Positions 25,256 to 35,359 are shown, counted from the stretch's first letter. The stretch is 64,000 bases of DNA from Bacillota bacterium (GCA_040766775.1 JAXGPT010000001.1:21469-85468), one strand, 5' to 3'. Numbers and translations are program-made. Notes: a model not told the origin generated them from the sequence alone.

Positions 25256-25305
25256 GGGGACGGGGGCTGTGATTTAAAAATCACAGCCCCCGTCCCCTTA
25301 ATTTT
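25254..25305 (+). terminator. strong intrinsic terminator after murA
   Basis: 19-bp perfect stem GGGGACGGGGGCTGTGATT / AATCACAGCCCCCGTCCCC followed by TTTT. Confidence 0.85.
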
Positions 25306-25379
25306 CCAAAAAATTTTTTTTATTTTTAGAAGGATTATTCAAAAAGGCATAGAATACATATAGTATAATTGATATATAC

Positions 25380-25395
25380 CTCATGTATACATGAG
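25380..25395. promoter_or_regulatory. perfect 16-bp palindrome CTCATGTATACATGAG, candidate operator (GntR-type GT-Nx-AC core)
   Basis: Sits between/over TATAAT-like hexamers (25364-25369, 25397-25402, 25412-25417) upstream of the first island gene. Confidence 0.4.
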
Positions 25396-25508
25396 ATATA
25401 ATTTCCTTAGATATAATGCAGATTTGCTTGACGGCTTCAAACCCGATGATAAAGAGGGAGGGTTGTTTTTTAGCGTTATTTAATTTAAATCATAATGGAG
25501 GTGCAGTA

Positions 25509-26498
25509 ATGAGTATTGTTCTAATAAGCGGTGACCAAGTAAAAAAAGCAATAAGTGCAAAGGAAGCAGTAAAAGTAGCCGAGCAGGTGTACAGGGACCA
25601 TGGAAATGGTCAAGTGGTTATGCCTGCCAAAATAAATCTGAATATGGGTATAAATGGAGAATGGCCCCATTTCTATGGCTCGGCCAACTCCATGCCGGCA
25701 TACGTGGCTTCATTACAGGCCATGGGAATAAAATTCGTTTCCGGTTATACCAAAAATCCCGAAAAAGGATTACCTTTCATATTCGGAACCATAATATTGA
25801 CCGAGCCTGAAACCGGGCGCCCCATTGCTGTTATGGATGGGACATATGTGACCGCAATAAGAACGGGCGCTGCTACAGCTATTGCTGTAAAATACCTGGC
25901 AAGAAAAGACGCAGCTACGGTAGGAATAATAGGCGCGGGTCTCCAGGGCAGGATGCACATCATGGCATTGAACGAAGTTATGGATATCAAGGAAATCAGG
26001 ATAACGGATATTAACCAGGAAACAGCGGTTAAATGCGCGAAGGAAATGGCCGATATGCTGGGCCTGAATATAAAGGCTGTGGGATCGAACAAGGAAGTGG
26101 TGGAAGGCGCGGACGTTGTGGCTACAGTAACAGTGGCGGATGAACCGCTGGTCAGAAAAGAATGGCTGAAGAAAGGGGCATTGGTAGTAGCGGTGGGCTC
26201 GTATCAGGAATTGGATGAACAGATTCCACTGACTTGCGACAAGCTTATTGTTGACAGTTGGGCCCAAAATGCACACAGGGGCGAGCTTCTTAAGCTGGTG
26301 AAGGCGGGAAGAATTAGCGAAGACGATGTCTATTCAGAACTGGGATATATAGTATCAGGGAAAAAACCGGCAAGGGAAAGCGATGATGAACTCATATGTG
26401 CATGCTTGATAGGAATTGGTTCGCTGGATATAGGCACTGCCAAGTACGTATACGACAAGTTAGCGAATGGGGAAAACGTACCGGTATTTGACCTTTAG
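25509..26498 (+). CDS. ornithine cyclodeaminase / mu-crystallin family NAD(P) enzyme, paralog 1
   Basis: Family-typical N-terminus and Rossmann VGIIGAGLQGRMH; ATG behind GGAGGTG. Confidence 0.85.
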   Translation: MSIVLISGDQVKKAISAKEAVKVAEQVYRDHGNGQVVMPAKINLNMGINGEWPHFYGSANSMPAYVASLQAMGIKFVSGYTKNPEKGLPFIFGTIILTEPETGRPIAVMDGTYVTAIRTGAATAIAVKYLARKDAATVGIIGAGLQGRMHIMALNEVMDIKEIRITDINQETAVKCAKEMADMLGLNIKAVGSNKEVVEGADVVATVTVADEPLVRKEWLKKGALVVAVGSYQELDEQIPLTCDKLIVDSWAQNAHRGELLKLVKAGRISEDDVYSELGYIVSGKKPARESDDELICACLIGIGSLDIGTAKYVYDKLANGENVPVFDL

Positions 26499-26542
26499 TA
26501 CTGTACAAAAACAAAAATAACCAAAAAGGGTTGGGTGATGAC

Positions 26543-28108
26543 ATGACGTATTCAAACAGCTTTGACATCTTTGACATTATAGGTCCCATAATGATAGGAC
26601 CGTCGAGCTCCCATACTGCCGGCGCCGTAAGAATAGGCTTGGTTGCAGGGCAGCTTTGCGATTACAAGCCAAAGGAAATAACGGTATTATTCCATGGTTC
26701 ATTAGCCAGCACCTATTCGTTTCACAAAACCGATGTGGCGGTTGTGGCGGGAGTTACAGGGATGAAAGTTGACGATGAGCGCATAAGGGATTCTATTGAT
26801 ATTGCCAGGAAGGGCGGAATCAAAGTCAATGTAGACAAGGTAAACCTTGAGAACGCCCATCCCAGTACAATCATAATTGAAATTTTGGACCAGAACGGCA
26901 AAAAACAGGTTCTAAGGTCCGCTACAATAGGCGGAGGCAATATATACATTGAAGAGGTGAATGGTTACCGGGTAGATACCGATGGGAAGCAGGACTGTAT
27001 AGTTGGATTGACCACACAAAAAAGACCGGAATTTGAGATGCAGTTGTCGGGTATTGACGAGAAGCTGGAGATTGTATGTTTTGCCGACCAAGGTGAATGT
27101 TATTCGTTTAAACTGGAAAAGGCCAGTCCAATGGATGGCAGAATGTTGCAAAAGGTCAGAGACCTGCCCGGGACAAAAGAGGCGTTCTTGTTTAAGGCGG
27201 TGATGGCGCTTACCGAAAAAGGAAAGAGTTTCTTTAGGACATGCGAGGAGCTTGTTGCAAAATCCAAGGAGAACAATTGCCGGATAAGCGATGTGGTTAT
27301 TGCTTTTGACGCAGAAAAGTCAGGGAAAACAGAAGCGGAAGTCTTTGAATACATGAAACAAAATTATGTTGCAATGAGGGATTCCATCCAAAAAGGCCTG
27401 GAAAAAGAAAATGACCTTTTGGGCAATATTTTCAAAGGAAACGCAGCCAAGATGGATAGGTTTGCAAAATCGGGAAGGAGCATATGCGGCGTTACCGTGA
27501 CAGAAATTGTTAAGAATGCACTGGCGGTAATGGAAGTCAACGGCTCCATGGGTAAAATAGTAGCATGCCCGACGGCAGGGTCCGCAGGGACGGTACCCGC
27601 AGCGGTAATAACAGTAGCAGAAAAAAATAGTGTGCCCGAAGAAAAGGTTGTGAGGGCTCTCTTTACCGGGGCAGGGATAGGTGTCATCATAGCCGAGAAC
27701 GCAAGCATATCCGGAGCGGTAGGCGGGTGCCAAGCGGAATGCGGTTCAGCGTCGGCCATGGCAGCAGCTATTATTACGGATATGTTTGACGGTGACAGCG
27801 ACCAGGTTTTGAGTGCTGTTTCTCTCGCCCTTGGCAACGTTTTGGGTATGGTTTGCGACCCGGTGGCGGGGATGGTGGAGATACCCTGTATCCAAAGGAA
27901 TACGATAGCCGCGGTAAATGCGATAATTTGCGCCGAAATGGCCCTAGCAGGGGTTGATAGTGTTATACCGGCAGACGAGATGATAGGAGCCCTTAAAGAG
28001 GTGGGAGACCTTATGCATGTATCACTTAAGGATACGCTCGGGGCAGGAATATCCAATACTCCAACGGCAAGAAAGATAGAAGAGAGATTTTTCGGAAAAC
28101 GTGATTAG
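26543..28108 (+). CDS. sdaA: iron-sulfur L-serine dehydratase, fused beta-alpha form
   Basis: N-terminal FDIFDIIGPIMIGPSSSHTAGA (beta), then alpha blocks ACPTAGSAGTVPAA, SGAVGGCQAECGSASAMAAA, VCDPVAGMVEIPC. Confidence 0.85.
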   Translation: MTYSNSFDIFDIIGPIMIGPSSSHTAGAVRIGLVAGQLCDYKPKEITVLFHGSLASTYSFHKTDVAVVAGVTGMKVDDERIRDSIDIARKGGIKVNVDKVNLENAHPSTIIIEILDQNGKKQVLRSATIGGGNIYIEEVNGYRVDTDGKQDCIVGLTTQKRPEFEMQLSGIDEKLEIVCFADQGECYSFKLEKASPMDGRMLQKVRDLPGTKEAFLFKAVMALTEKGKSFFRTCEELVAKSKENNCRISDVVIAFDAEKSGKTEAEVFEYMKQNYVAMRDSIQKGLEKENDLLGNIFKGNAAKMDRFAKSGRSICGVTVTEIVKNALAVMEVNGSMGKIVACPTAGSAGTVPAAVITVAEKNSVPEEKVVRALFTGAGIGVIIAENASISGAVGGCQAECGSASAMAAAIITDMFDGDSDQVLSAVSLALGNVLGMVCDPVAGMVEIPCIQRNTIAAVNAIICAEMALAGVDSVIPADEMIGALKEVGDLMHVSLKDTLGAGISNTPTARKIEERFFGKRD

Positions 28109-28145
28109 TAAAATACGACTATATTACACAATGGAGGAGAGAAGA

Positions 28146-29228
28146 ATGAAAAACGTCAAATACGCAGTGTTAGGCGCGGGTAATGGAGGTCAATGCATAG
28201 CTGCCTATCTCAAATTAATGGGATATGAAGTCAGTTTATATGACAGGTATGAAGATGTAGTCAAACCGTTGATAGAAAAAGGCGGAATTGAGCTTAAAGG
28301 TGCTTCGCTGAACGGATTTGCAGAGATTGAGAATATCTCTACAAGTATAAAACAGGCGGTTGAGGGTAAGGATGTAATACTTGTGGTTTTGCCCGCCTTT
28401 GCCCATGAATACATCGCTGAAAACCTGGCCCCCGAACTGGTGGACGGACAAACAGTAATATTGTGCCCGGGTTCAACCGGGGGTGTCCTTGAATTCAAAA
28501 GGGTGCTGAAAGAGAAAAATTGTACCGCGGATATCAAGCTGGCAGAAACAAACAGTCTTTTCTATGCAGCCAGGCTCGAAAAACCGGGTGTTGCGGTTAT
28601 CGGCGGCATCAAAAAGGTTATGCCCATAGCAGCTCTTCCCACGTCGGATACCGATGAAATAATTGAGCTGTTGAAAGAACCCTACCCGCAGCTTGTGAGG
28701 GAACAGAACGTTCTGTCATCCGACATGAGCAATAACAACGCGATAATACACCCTTACCCGGTGATGCTAAATACCGGGTGGGTAGAAGAAACAAAGGGCG
28801 GCTTCAAATTTTATTATGACGGTATCAGCCGGACAATAGGAAGAATGGTGGAAGCCCTGGATGCGGAAAGGATTGAAATCTGTAAAGCGCTGGGCATAAA
28901 AGTAAAGGATATCAAGGAAAGCATGTTTGAATATTATAGTGCTTCCGGTGACACCATGTACGAAATAGTGCGCAATGTTAAAGGATATGCAATTGTTAAT
29001 GCTCCGCCAAAGCTTGACACTAGATTATTGACAGAGGATATACCGATGGGGCTGGTACCCATGACAGAGATAGCAAAACTGGTAAATGTAAAAACGCCCG
29101 TTATGGACCTGGCTATAGATTTAGCCTCGGCCCTATTGGAAAGAGACTTTCGGGCTGAAGGAAGAACGCTTGAGAAGATGGGTATAAGCGGAATGAGTAA
29201 AGAAGACCTGTTGGAGTATGTCAGATGA
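28146..29228 (+). CDS. NAD/NADP octopine/nopaline (opine) dehydrogenase family protein
   Basis: Rossmann KYAVLGAGNGGQCIAAYL plus C-terminal opine-DH helical domain pattern. Confidence 0.8.
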   Translation: MKNVKYAVLGAGNGGQCIAAYLKLMGYEVSLYDRYEDVVKPLIEKGGIELKGASLNGFAEIENISTSIKQAVEGKDVILVVLPAFAHEYIAENLAPELVDGQTVILCPGSTGGVLEFKRVLKEKNCTADIKLAETNSLFYAARLEKPGVAVIGGIKKVMPIAALPTSDTDEIIELLKEPYPQLVREQNVLSSDMSNNNAIIHPYPVMLNTGWVEETKGGFKFYYDGISRTIGRMVEALDAERIEICKALGIKVKDIKESMFEYYSASGDTMYEIVRNVKGYAIVNAPPKLDTRLLTEDIPMGLVPMTEIAKLVNVKTPVMDLAIDLASALLERDFRAEGRTLEKMGISGMSKEDLLEYVR

Positions 29229-29274
29229 GGTTTTAAGAAACGATCATGTTAAATAGGAAGGAGGGAAGAATAAC

Positions 29275-29937
29275 ATGGCGGCAAGAACGAGCACAATAGA
29301 AGTATACGACATAATAAAAGAAAAAATACTATTATGTGAATACGAGCCGGGACAGCTTGTCTCGGAAAAAGAGATAGTAGAAGAACTGGAAATAAGCAGA
29401 ACACCTGTCAGGGAAGCCCTAAATATCCTGAACGGCCAGGGCCTGCTCAAAGTAATACCCAAGAAGGGGGTACAGATTGCACCCCTTTCCATAAAAAGAA
29501 TAAAAGAGATATACGATATCAGGATGCTGCTGGAACCCTTTGCAGTAAAACTGGCGATTAAAAACCTGGGGCCGGACGATATTGAAAAACTTATAACACT
29601 AGATAAAAAACTAAGTAAAGAATATGAAGAAGAGGATGTATCCGAGGTGTTTAAGACCGGTATGGACATACACTTGTACGTTGCTTATTTGTCCGGCAAC
29701 GAAGTTGTTTATGAACTGATAAAACAGCTCAGGAGGGAAAGTCACAGGGGATATGTGTATTACTTGAAGCGATATCTTGACAAACGCCCCAGCAAAGAAA
29801 GTAGGGAGACAGAGATACGTCTTTCAAGAATTCACAATAAGTTTATAAAGGCCCTCGTTGAAGGAGACGAAAAGCTGGCGGTTGACTACCTAATAGAGGA
29901 CCTTACTACCATGAAGAGAGTACTGTCTGAATCATAG
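29275..29937 (+). CDS. GntR family transcriptional regulator (FadR/FCD subfamily)
   Basis: wHTH LVSEKEIVEELEISRTPVREAL plus helical FCD-like C-domain. Confidence 0.88.
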   Translation: MAARTSTIEVYDIIKEKILLCEYEPGQLVSEKEIVEELEISRTPVREALNILNGQGLLKVIPKKGVQIAPLSIKRIKEIYDIRMLLEPFAVKLAIKNLGPDDIEKLITLDKKLSKEYEEEDVSEVFKTGMDIHLYVAYLSGNEVVYELIKQLRRESHRGYVYYLKRYLDKRPSKESRETEIRLSRIHNKFIKALVEGDEKLAVDYLIEDLTTMKRVLSES

Positions 29938-29963
29938 GATTTTCTTAAAAAGGGGGTAGAAAG

Positions 29964-30491
29964 ATGAAGCCGGAGAGTGGTATTAAAAAGGCACTTAACA
30001 AATTGATTTCATTACAGAAAATGGTAACCGTTGTACTAGTGCTGGCTTTAACTGTTATGGTGGTTGTCCAGGTTGTATTGAGATACGTTTTCAAGGCACC
30101 GCTTATGGGGATCGAAGAAATGATGCTGTTTCCCATCATATGGCTTTATATGATAGGGGGGGCAAATGCTTCGCAGCAGAGGAATCATATTGAATGTGGT
30201 GTTATGACGGTATATATCAAGAGACCAATAGTTTTAAAGCTATTTAATGTGGTAAAAAGCTTAATTTCTATAGTTGTATGTATATGGTTGACATACTGGG
30301 CGTACTGGTTCTTTGATTACTCCCTGACCCGTTGGAAAGTAAGCGACCTTCTGTATATCCCGATGTTTTTCGGGGAAAGTGCGATGTTTATCGGGTTAAT
30401 TCTAATGCTTGTATATGCCGTAATTGAATTCATGGATTATGTAAAGGACTTTAGCAACAGTATATTTGCAGTTGATAAGGAGGAGATATAA
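29964..30491 (+). CDS. dctQ: TRAP transporter small permease (DctQ)
   Basis: 4-TM, about 175 aa, immediately precedes and abuts DctM. Confidence 0.85.
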   Translation: MKPESGIKKALNKLISLQKMVTVVLVLALTVMVVVQVVLRYVFKAPLMGIEEMMLFPIIWLYMIGGANASQQRNHIECGVMTVYIKRPIVLKLFNVVKSLISIVVCIWLTYWAYWFFDYSLTRWKVSDLLYIPMFFGESAMFIGLILMLVYAVIEFMDYVKDFSNSIFAVDKEEI

Positions 30492-31792
30492 TGCTTACCA
30501 TTGTCCTTCTGGATGTTATTTTACTTGTTGTTCTCCTCATAATGAGTGTGCCTCTTCCATATTGCTTTGGCGGAGCACTGCTGTTTATGAGTATATTCGG
30601 CGGCGTTTCAATGAAAAGCATGATGCTCTGGGGTTTCAATCAGATGATAAACCCCGTGCTGCTTGCCAGTCCGCTTTTTATCCTCGCAGGATCCCTTATG
30701 GGCGGAAGTGGTATAGCGAAACGCCTCCTGGACTTTGTTGACGCCTTTGTGGGAAGAATAAAAGGAGGACTGGGCGTTATTAGCGTTGTTACCTGTGCGC
30801 TGATAGGTGCGATCTCTGGTAGCGGTTTCACCGGCGTGGCGGCTACGGCTCCAATCATGGTTCCTAGGATGGTTGAGCAGGGTTATCCCAGAGGATATTC
30901 AACTGCCTTGATAACTGTTTCGTCAATACTGGGACTTCTAATACCCCCAAGTGTAATCATGATTTTGTACGGGTGGGTTACCGAGACGTCAATCCTGGCT
31001 TGCTTTCTTTCAACGATAGGGCCCGGGATTGCGATTACAATTACCCTCTCTACTATTAACATGATTTGGGCAAGAAAATTTGACCTGGTTCTGGAGCCTC
31101 CGATGCCCGCTTCAGAAAAATTCAGGCAGGTAATAAACCGTTCATGGGGTGCACTGCCAGCTATATTAATGCCAGTTATTATACTTGGCGGCATATACGG
31201 AGGAGTTTTCACTCCTACCGAGGCAGCCGGTGTTGCAGCGTTCTATGCAATCCCAATAGGTTTTTTGGTTTACAAAACCATGGACAGGAAGAGTTTCTAC
31301 GAAATGACAGTTGAGGCATCGACATCCATAGGTGCTATCATGACAATGATCGTGTTCTGCCTAATGCTGAGCCAGACATATGTTATGCTGCAGGTGCCCC
31401 AGGCCATTATTGACCTGTTCTTCGGCCTTACCCAAAACAGGACGCTTATGTTGATAATTATAAATTTATTCCTGTTCCTGGTGGGCATGATAGTAAACGA
31501 CGCTACAGGTATGATACTGGTTGCACCGCTGCTTCTTCCGCTGGCCCAGGAACTGGGAATACATCCGATACATTTTGCATCCATAATGGGAGTTAACCTG
31601 GCCATGGGTGGGGTTACGCCGCCCTATGCAAGTATCCTGTACTTGGGCATGCGAGTAGGGAAGTGCAGTTTCAATGAAATACTAAAGCCTACGCTGATAT
31701 TCTTGATTTTGGGTTATATACCGATTGTGTTTCTTACAACCTTCTGGCCGGATTTATCACTTTTCCTGCCAAGACTTTTCGGTTTCCTGTAG
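30491..31792 (+). CDS. dctM: TRAP transporter large permease (DctM)
   Basis: 433-aa polytopic protein with DctM family pattern. Confidence 0.9.
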   Translation: MLTIVLLDVILLVVLLIMSVPLPYCFGGALLFMSIFGGVSMKSMMLWGFNQMINPVLLASPLFILAGSLMGGSGIAKRLLDFVDAFVGRIKGGLGVISVVTCALIGAISGSGFTGVAATAPIMVPRMVEQGYPRGYSTALITVSSILGLLIPPSVIMILYGWVTETSILACFLSTIGPGIAITITLSTINMIWARKFDLVLEPPMPASEKFRQVINRSWGALPAILMPVIILGGIYGGVFTPTEAAGVAAFYAIPIGFLVYKTMDRKSFYEMTVEASTSIGAIMTMIVFCLMLSQTYVMLQVPQAIIDLFFGLTQNRTLMLIIINLFLFLVGMIVNDATGMILVAPLLLPLAQELGIHPIHFASIMGVNLAMGGVTPPYASILYLGMRVGKCSFNEILKPTLIFLILGYIPIVFLTTFWPDLSLFLPRLFGFL

Positions 31793-31808
31793 AGGCCTGT
31801 ACGCAGTC

Positions 31809-31857
31809 TAATAAATTCTTTGAGATAGCGGTCTTAGCGGTCTTAAAGAGTTTATTA
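31809..31857 (+). other. AT-rich 17-bp inverted repeat with an internal AGCGGTCTT direct duplication
   Basis: TAATAAATTCTTTGAGA ... TCTTAAAGAGTTTATTA (two G-U positions in RNA); loop holds AGCGGTCTTAGCGGTCTT; no U-tract on + strand. Confidence 0.5.
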
Positions 31858-31884
31858 TAAAAAAACAACAAAGGAGGAGTAATA

Positions 31885-32889
31885 GTGTCAGGTAAAGTAG
31901 AAACAGTACTGTTAAGCCAAGAAGACATCAAAAAAGTAATTACCATGAAAGACGTAGTAGAGATAGTTGACAAGACCTTTAAGGGGTTTGGCGAAGGCAC
32001 CGTCATTAACCCGACAAAAGTTAACCTGGACCTAGGTGAGACGGCCCCATATCCGCCCTACCAGGGATTTATGAACGCAATGCCCGCCTATGTAGGTTGG
32101 CTGGATACCGCGGGCATCAAATGGGCCGGGGGGTTCTTGGGCGAGCGTAAAAAACTCGGTTTCCCATACATTACTTCCATGATACTGCTGATTGATCCGA
32201 AAATCGGGCACTTTAGGGCTGTTATGGACGGTGCCCTCATTACAAACCTTAGAACGGGAGCCCAAACAGCGACTGCACTGAAGTATATGTTTGATAAAAA
32301 ATCAATACGCATCGGTCTGTTTGGTGCAGGCATGCAGGGGCATACTCAAACCATGGCAATCTCTGAAGTATTTGACATCGAAGAACTCAGGGTATATGAC
32401 ATTAACAAGGAAGCAAGCCTGAGATTTGCAGAAAATATGAAGGATACGGTAAAGGGCGAAATAGTAGTCGTTGATGCTCCCGAAGAAGCAGCTAAGGGGG
32501 ATGCAGTAATATGTGTCACCCAGTCTAAGGAAAAGTTCGTGAAGGATGAGTGGATTAAGCCGGGAATGGTACTTTTCCCGATGGGCTCCTACCAAGAATG
32601 CGAAGACGCATTTATACTGAATGCCGACAAGATTATAGTCGACCATATCGGGCAAACCCTGCACAGGGGAGCCCTTGCGGAACTTAACGAAGCGGGCAAG
32701 ATTACCGAAGATAATATTTATGCTACAATAGGCGAACTTGCTGCTGGACTAAAGCCCGGGCTGATAGGTAAAGACGAGCGCTACCTCTGCATTCCGATAG
32801 GCACAGGCGCCATGGATATTGCAGTGGCAACCGTTGCATATCAAAAGGCGGTTGAAAAAGGGCTGGGCGGAAAGTTTGCCTTTGTATAA
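31885..32889 (+). CDS. ornithine cyclodeaminase / mu-crystallin family NAD(P) enzyme, paralog 2
   Basis: Same architecture as paralog 1; Rossmann IGLFGAGMQGHTQ; GTG start behind AGGAGGAG. Confidence 0.85.
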   Translation: MSGKVETVLLSQEDIKKVITMKDVVEIVDKTFKGFGEGTVINPTKVNLDLGETAPYPPYQGFMNAMPAYVGWLDTAGIKWAGGFLGERKKLGFPYITSMILLIDPKIGHFRAVMDGALITNLRTGAQTATALKYMFDKKSIRIGLFGAGMQGHTQTMAISEVFDIEELRVYDINKEASLRFAENMKDTVKGEIVVVDAPEEAAKGDAVICVTQSKEKFVKDEWIKPGMVLFPMGSYQECEDAFILNADKIIVDHIGQTLHRGALAELNEAGKITEDNIYATIGELAAGLKPGLIGKDERYLCIPIGTGAMDIAVATVAYQKAVEKGLGGKFAFV

Positions 32890-32910
32890 AAACCAGAGGG
32901 AGGGAAAAAA

Positions 32911-33939
32911 ATGAAAAGACTAAAACTGATAAGCCTGGCAATTTGCGTAGCTATGTTGGTTGTAAGCCTTGCAGCATGCTCTTCATCCAAACCGGGAGAA
33001 AGCAAGGAAGGCGAAGTAACGGTGTGGAAAATGGCCCATATAAGGCCGGCCGGTTCGGTATCTGACCTGGACTTCCAGGCCTTTGTAAAGGACGTGGAAG
33101 AGAGAAGTAACGGCAGTCTGAAGATCGAGCTTTATCCTGCCAGCCAGTTGGGGGACTATACGGTGGTACAGGAGCGTGTGAGCATAGGCGACGTTGAAAT
33201 GCAGTGCGCTTCGGTTGGAACAAACCTGGACAAGAGCTTTGGTATAACAAGTGCTCCTTACCTGGTTGAAAACTGGGAGCAGGCGCGAAAGGTATACGCC
33301 AGCGACAGCACATTGAACACAGCTATGGCTGAAATACTTGACAAGAACAATATGACGCTAATAGCCGTATATCCATTATATTTCGGAGGAATCGCCCTGG
33401 TGGACGAACCAAAGGAGCCGCAAAATGCGGATGTTCCGAAGAATATAAAGATAAGGGTTCCCCCAATAAAATCCTTTGAAAAGACAGCAGAAGCATTGGG
33501 CTATTTAGCGACTCCCCTGCCATTCTCCGAGACCTTTACCGCTATGCAGACCGGTATGGTTAACGGGGCTATAGGCGCAGGCGCGGAAGGGTATTATTCG
33601 AACTTCAAGGACCTGATTAAATGGTACCTGCCGCTTAATGACCACTTTGAAATGTGGTACATGTATGTAAACAAGGATGCATTTGAAAGATTATCGCCCG
33701 AACAGCAGGAAGCCCTGACTGGAGCAGCGAAAGCAATGGAAGAAAAGCGTTTCATCGATGCGGAAGCACAGGAAAAGGAATTTGAAGACCTGCTTGCCGA
33801 GGCAGGGGCAACTATTGTTGAGTTCAGCGAGGAAGACCTTGCAGCCTTTGCCGAGAAAGTTAGAAGAGAAGTATGGCCGCTGGTAAAGGGAGACTATGGA
33901 GAAGAACTGTTTGAAAAAATTGTAAGTGAAATAGAATAG
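32911..33939 (+). CDS. dctP: TRAP transporter substrate-binding lipoprotein (DctP family)
   Basis: Lipobox LAACSSS, DctP-type periplasmic binding fold pattern. Confidence 0.85.
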   Translation: MKRLKLISLAICVAMLVVSLAACSSSKPGESKEGEVTVWKMAHIRPAGSVSDLDFQAFVKDVEERSNGSLKIELYPASQLGDYTVVQERVSIGDVEMQCASVGTNLDKSFGITSAPYLVENWEQARKVYASDSTLNTAMAEILDKNNMTLIAVYPLYFGGIALVDEPKEPQNADVPKNIKIRVPPIKSFEKTAEALGYLATPLPFSETFTAMQTGMVNGAIGAGAEGYYSNFKDLIKWYLPLNDHFEMWYMYVNKDAFERLSPEQQEALTGAAKAMEEKRFIDAEAQEKEFEDLLAEAGATIVEFSEEDLAAFAEKVRREVWPLVKGDYGEELFEKIVSEIE

Positions 33940-33975
33940 AGCCCGATGTAAGAGACAGAATATCGATTAATAACT

Positions 33976-34016
33976 CCATAACAAACACCAAGGCTTAACC
34001 TTGGTGTTTGTTATGG
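33976..34016 (+). other. perfect 18-bp intercistronic hairpin after dctP (no U-tract)
   Basis: CCATAACAAACACCAAGG-CTTAA-CCTTGGTGTTTGTTATGG. Confidence 0.7.
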
Positions 34017-34058
34017 TCAACCCGGCAACAGCCTGCAGTTGTAAAGGAGGTGCATTTA

Positions 34059-35345
34059 ATGCAGTTGGAAGTTGGTAAAGTCATGGTCCGGGATATACGT
34101 TTTTCCGACAGAACCAGTATGGAAGCGGGGGTACTTCATATTGACAAAAATGAACTTGTTAAGTATCTTAAGGAAGATGTCAATATAAAGGATGTGGATA
34201 TAGACATCGCAAGGCCAGGAGAATCAGTCCGCATTATTCCGGTGAAGGATATTATCCAGCCAAGGATTAAGGTTAAAGGCTGCGGGCAGGTTTTTCCTGG
34301 CTTTATCAGTGACGTTGATTCGGTCGGAGAAGGAGTTACTCATGTATTGGAAGGATGTGCCGTTGTAACTTGCGGGAAGATTGTTAATTTCCAGGAAGGC
34401 ATAATAGACATGAGCGGTCCCGGGGCCAAATATAATAGTTTTTCGGCTTTGAATAATGTTGTTCTACTTATTGAACCGGTCCCGGGACTGACAAAACACG
34501 CCCATGAGGCAACAGTAAGGCAGGCCGGACTGAAGGCTGCCTACTACCTGGGAAAAGCGGCGCAAAATGTACAACCGGACGAAAAAGAGACATTCACTTA
34601 CAATACTTTGGCAGAGTCGGCACGGCTTTACCCGGATTTGCCGAGGGTAGCGTATGTTTATATGATACAAAGCCAGGGTTTGATGCATGATAATTATATA
34701 TATGGACTGGACGCCAAAGGCATACTCCCAACCTAATCTCACCCACTTGAGGTAATTGACGGTGCGATAGTAAGCGGCAACTGTGCGGCCCCATGCCACA
34801 AAAACACTACGTTTCATCATCAGAACAACCCTGTTATCATGGACCTTATGCGAAGGCATGGAAAGGAACTGTGCTTTGTAGGGGTTATTATTACCAATGA
34901 AAGCACGATGCTTTCATACAAGAAACGGGCTGCCCATTTTACCCAAAAACTAGCCAGGCTAATTGAAGCGGAAGGGGCAATTGTGACCGAAGAAGGAGGC
35001 GGAATCCCGAGACCGATTTGATGCTGAATTGTAAACTGCTCGAAAAATCCGGCATTAAAACCGTACTGATTACCGATGAATACGCGGGCCGTGACGGCAG
35101 GTCACAGGGTTTGGCAGGATATTACAGCCGAAGCGGATGCCGTAATAACCAACGGAAACGGAAACGAGCTTATAACATTGCCTCCGATGGAACGAACTAT
35201 AGGTTTTCTTGAAAGCGTTGAAATAATAACAGGCGGATTCAGCGGCAGCCTGAATCCCGATGGAAGCATCACCGTAGAACTGGCAAGCATAATGGGGTCA
35301 TTGTGCGAATTGGGTTATGAGCGCCTGACAACCAGGCTTAAATAG
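34059..35345 (+). pseudogene. GrdE-like proprotein (glycine/sarcosine-reductase protein B alpha/beta type); frame broken as assembled, likely artefact
   Basis: Full-length resemblance to GrdE incl. ...EVIDGAIVSGNCAAPCHKNTTFHHQNNPV... (Asn-Cys processing site). In-frame TAA at 34734, indels near 35003 and 35116. Pieces 34059-34736, 34839-35021, 35018-35212, 35076-35345. Confidence 0.75.
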
Positions 35346-35359
35346 GGAGGTGAACTGCG

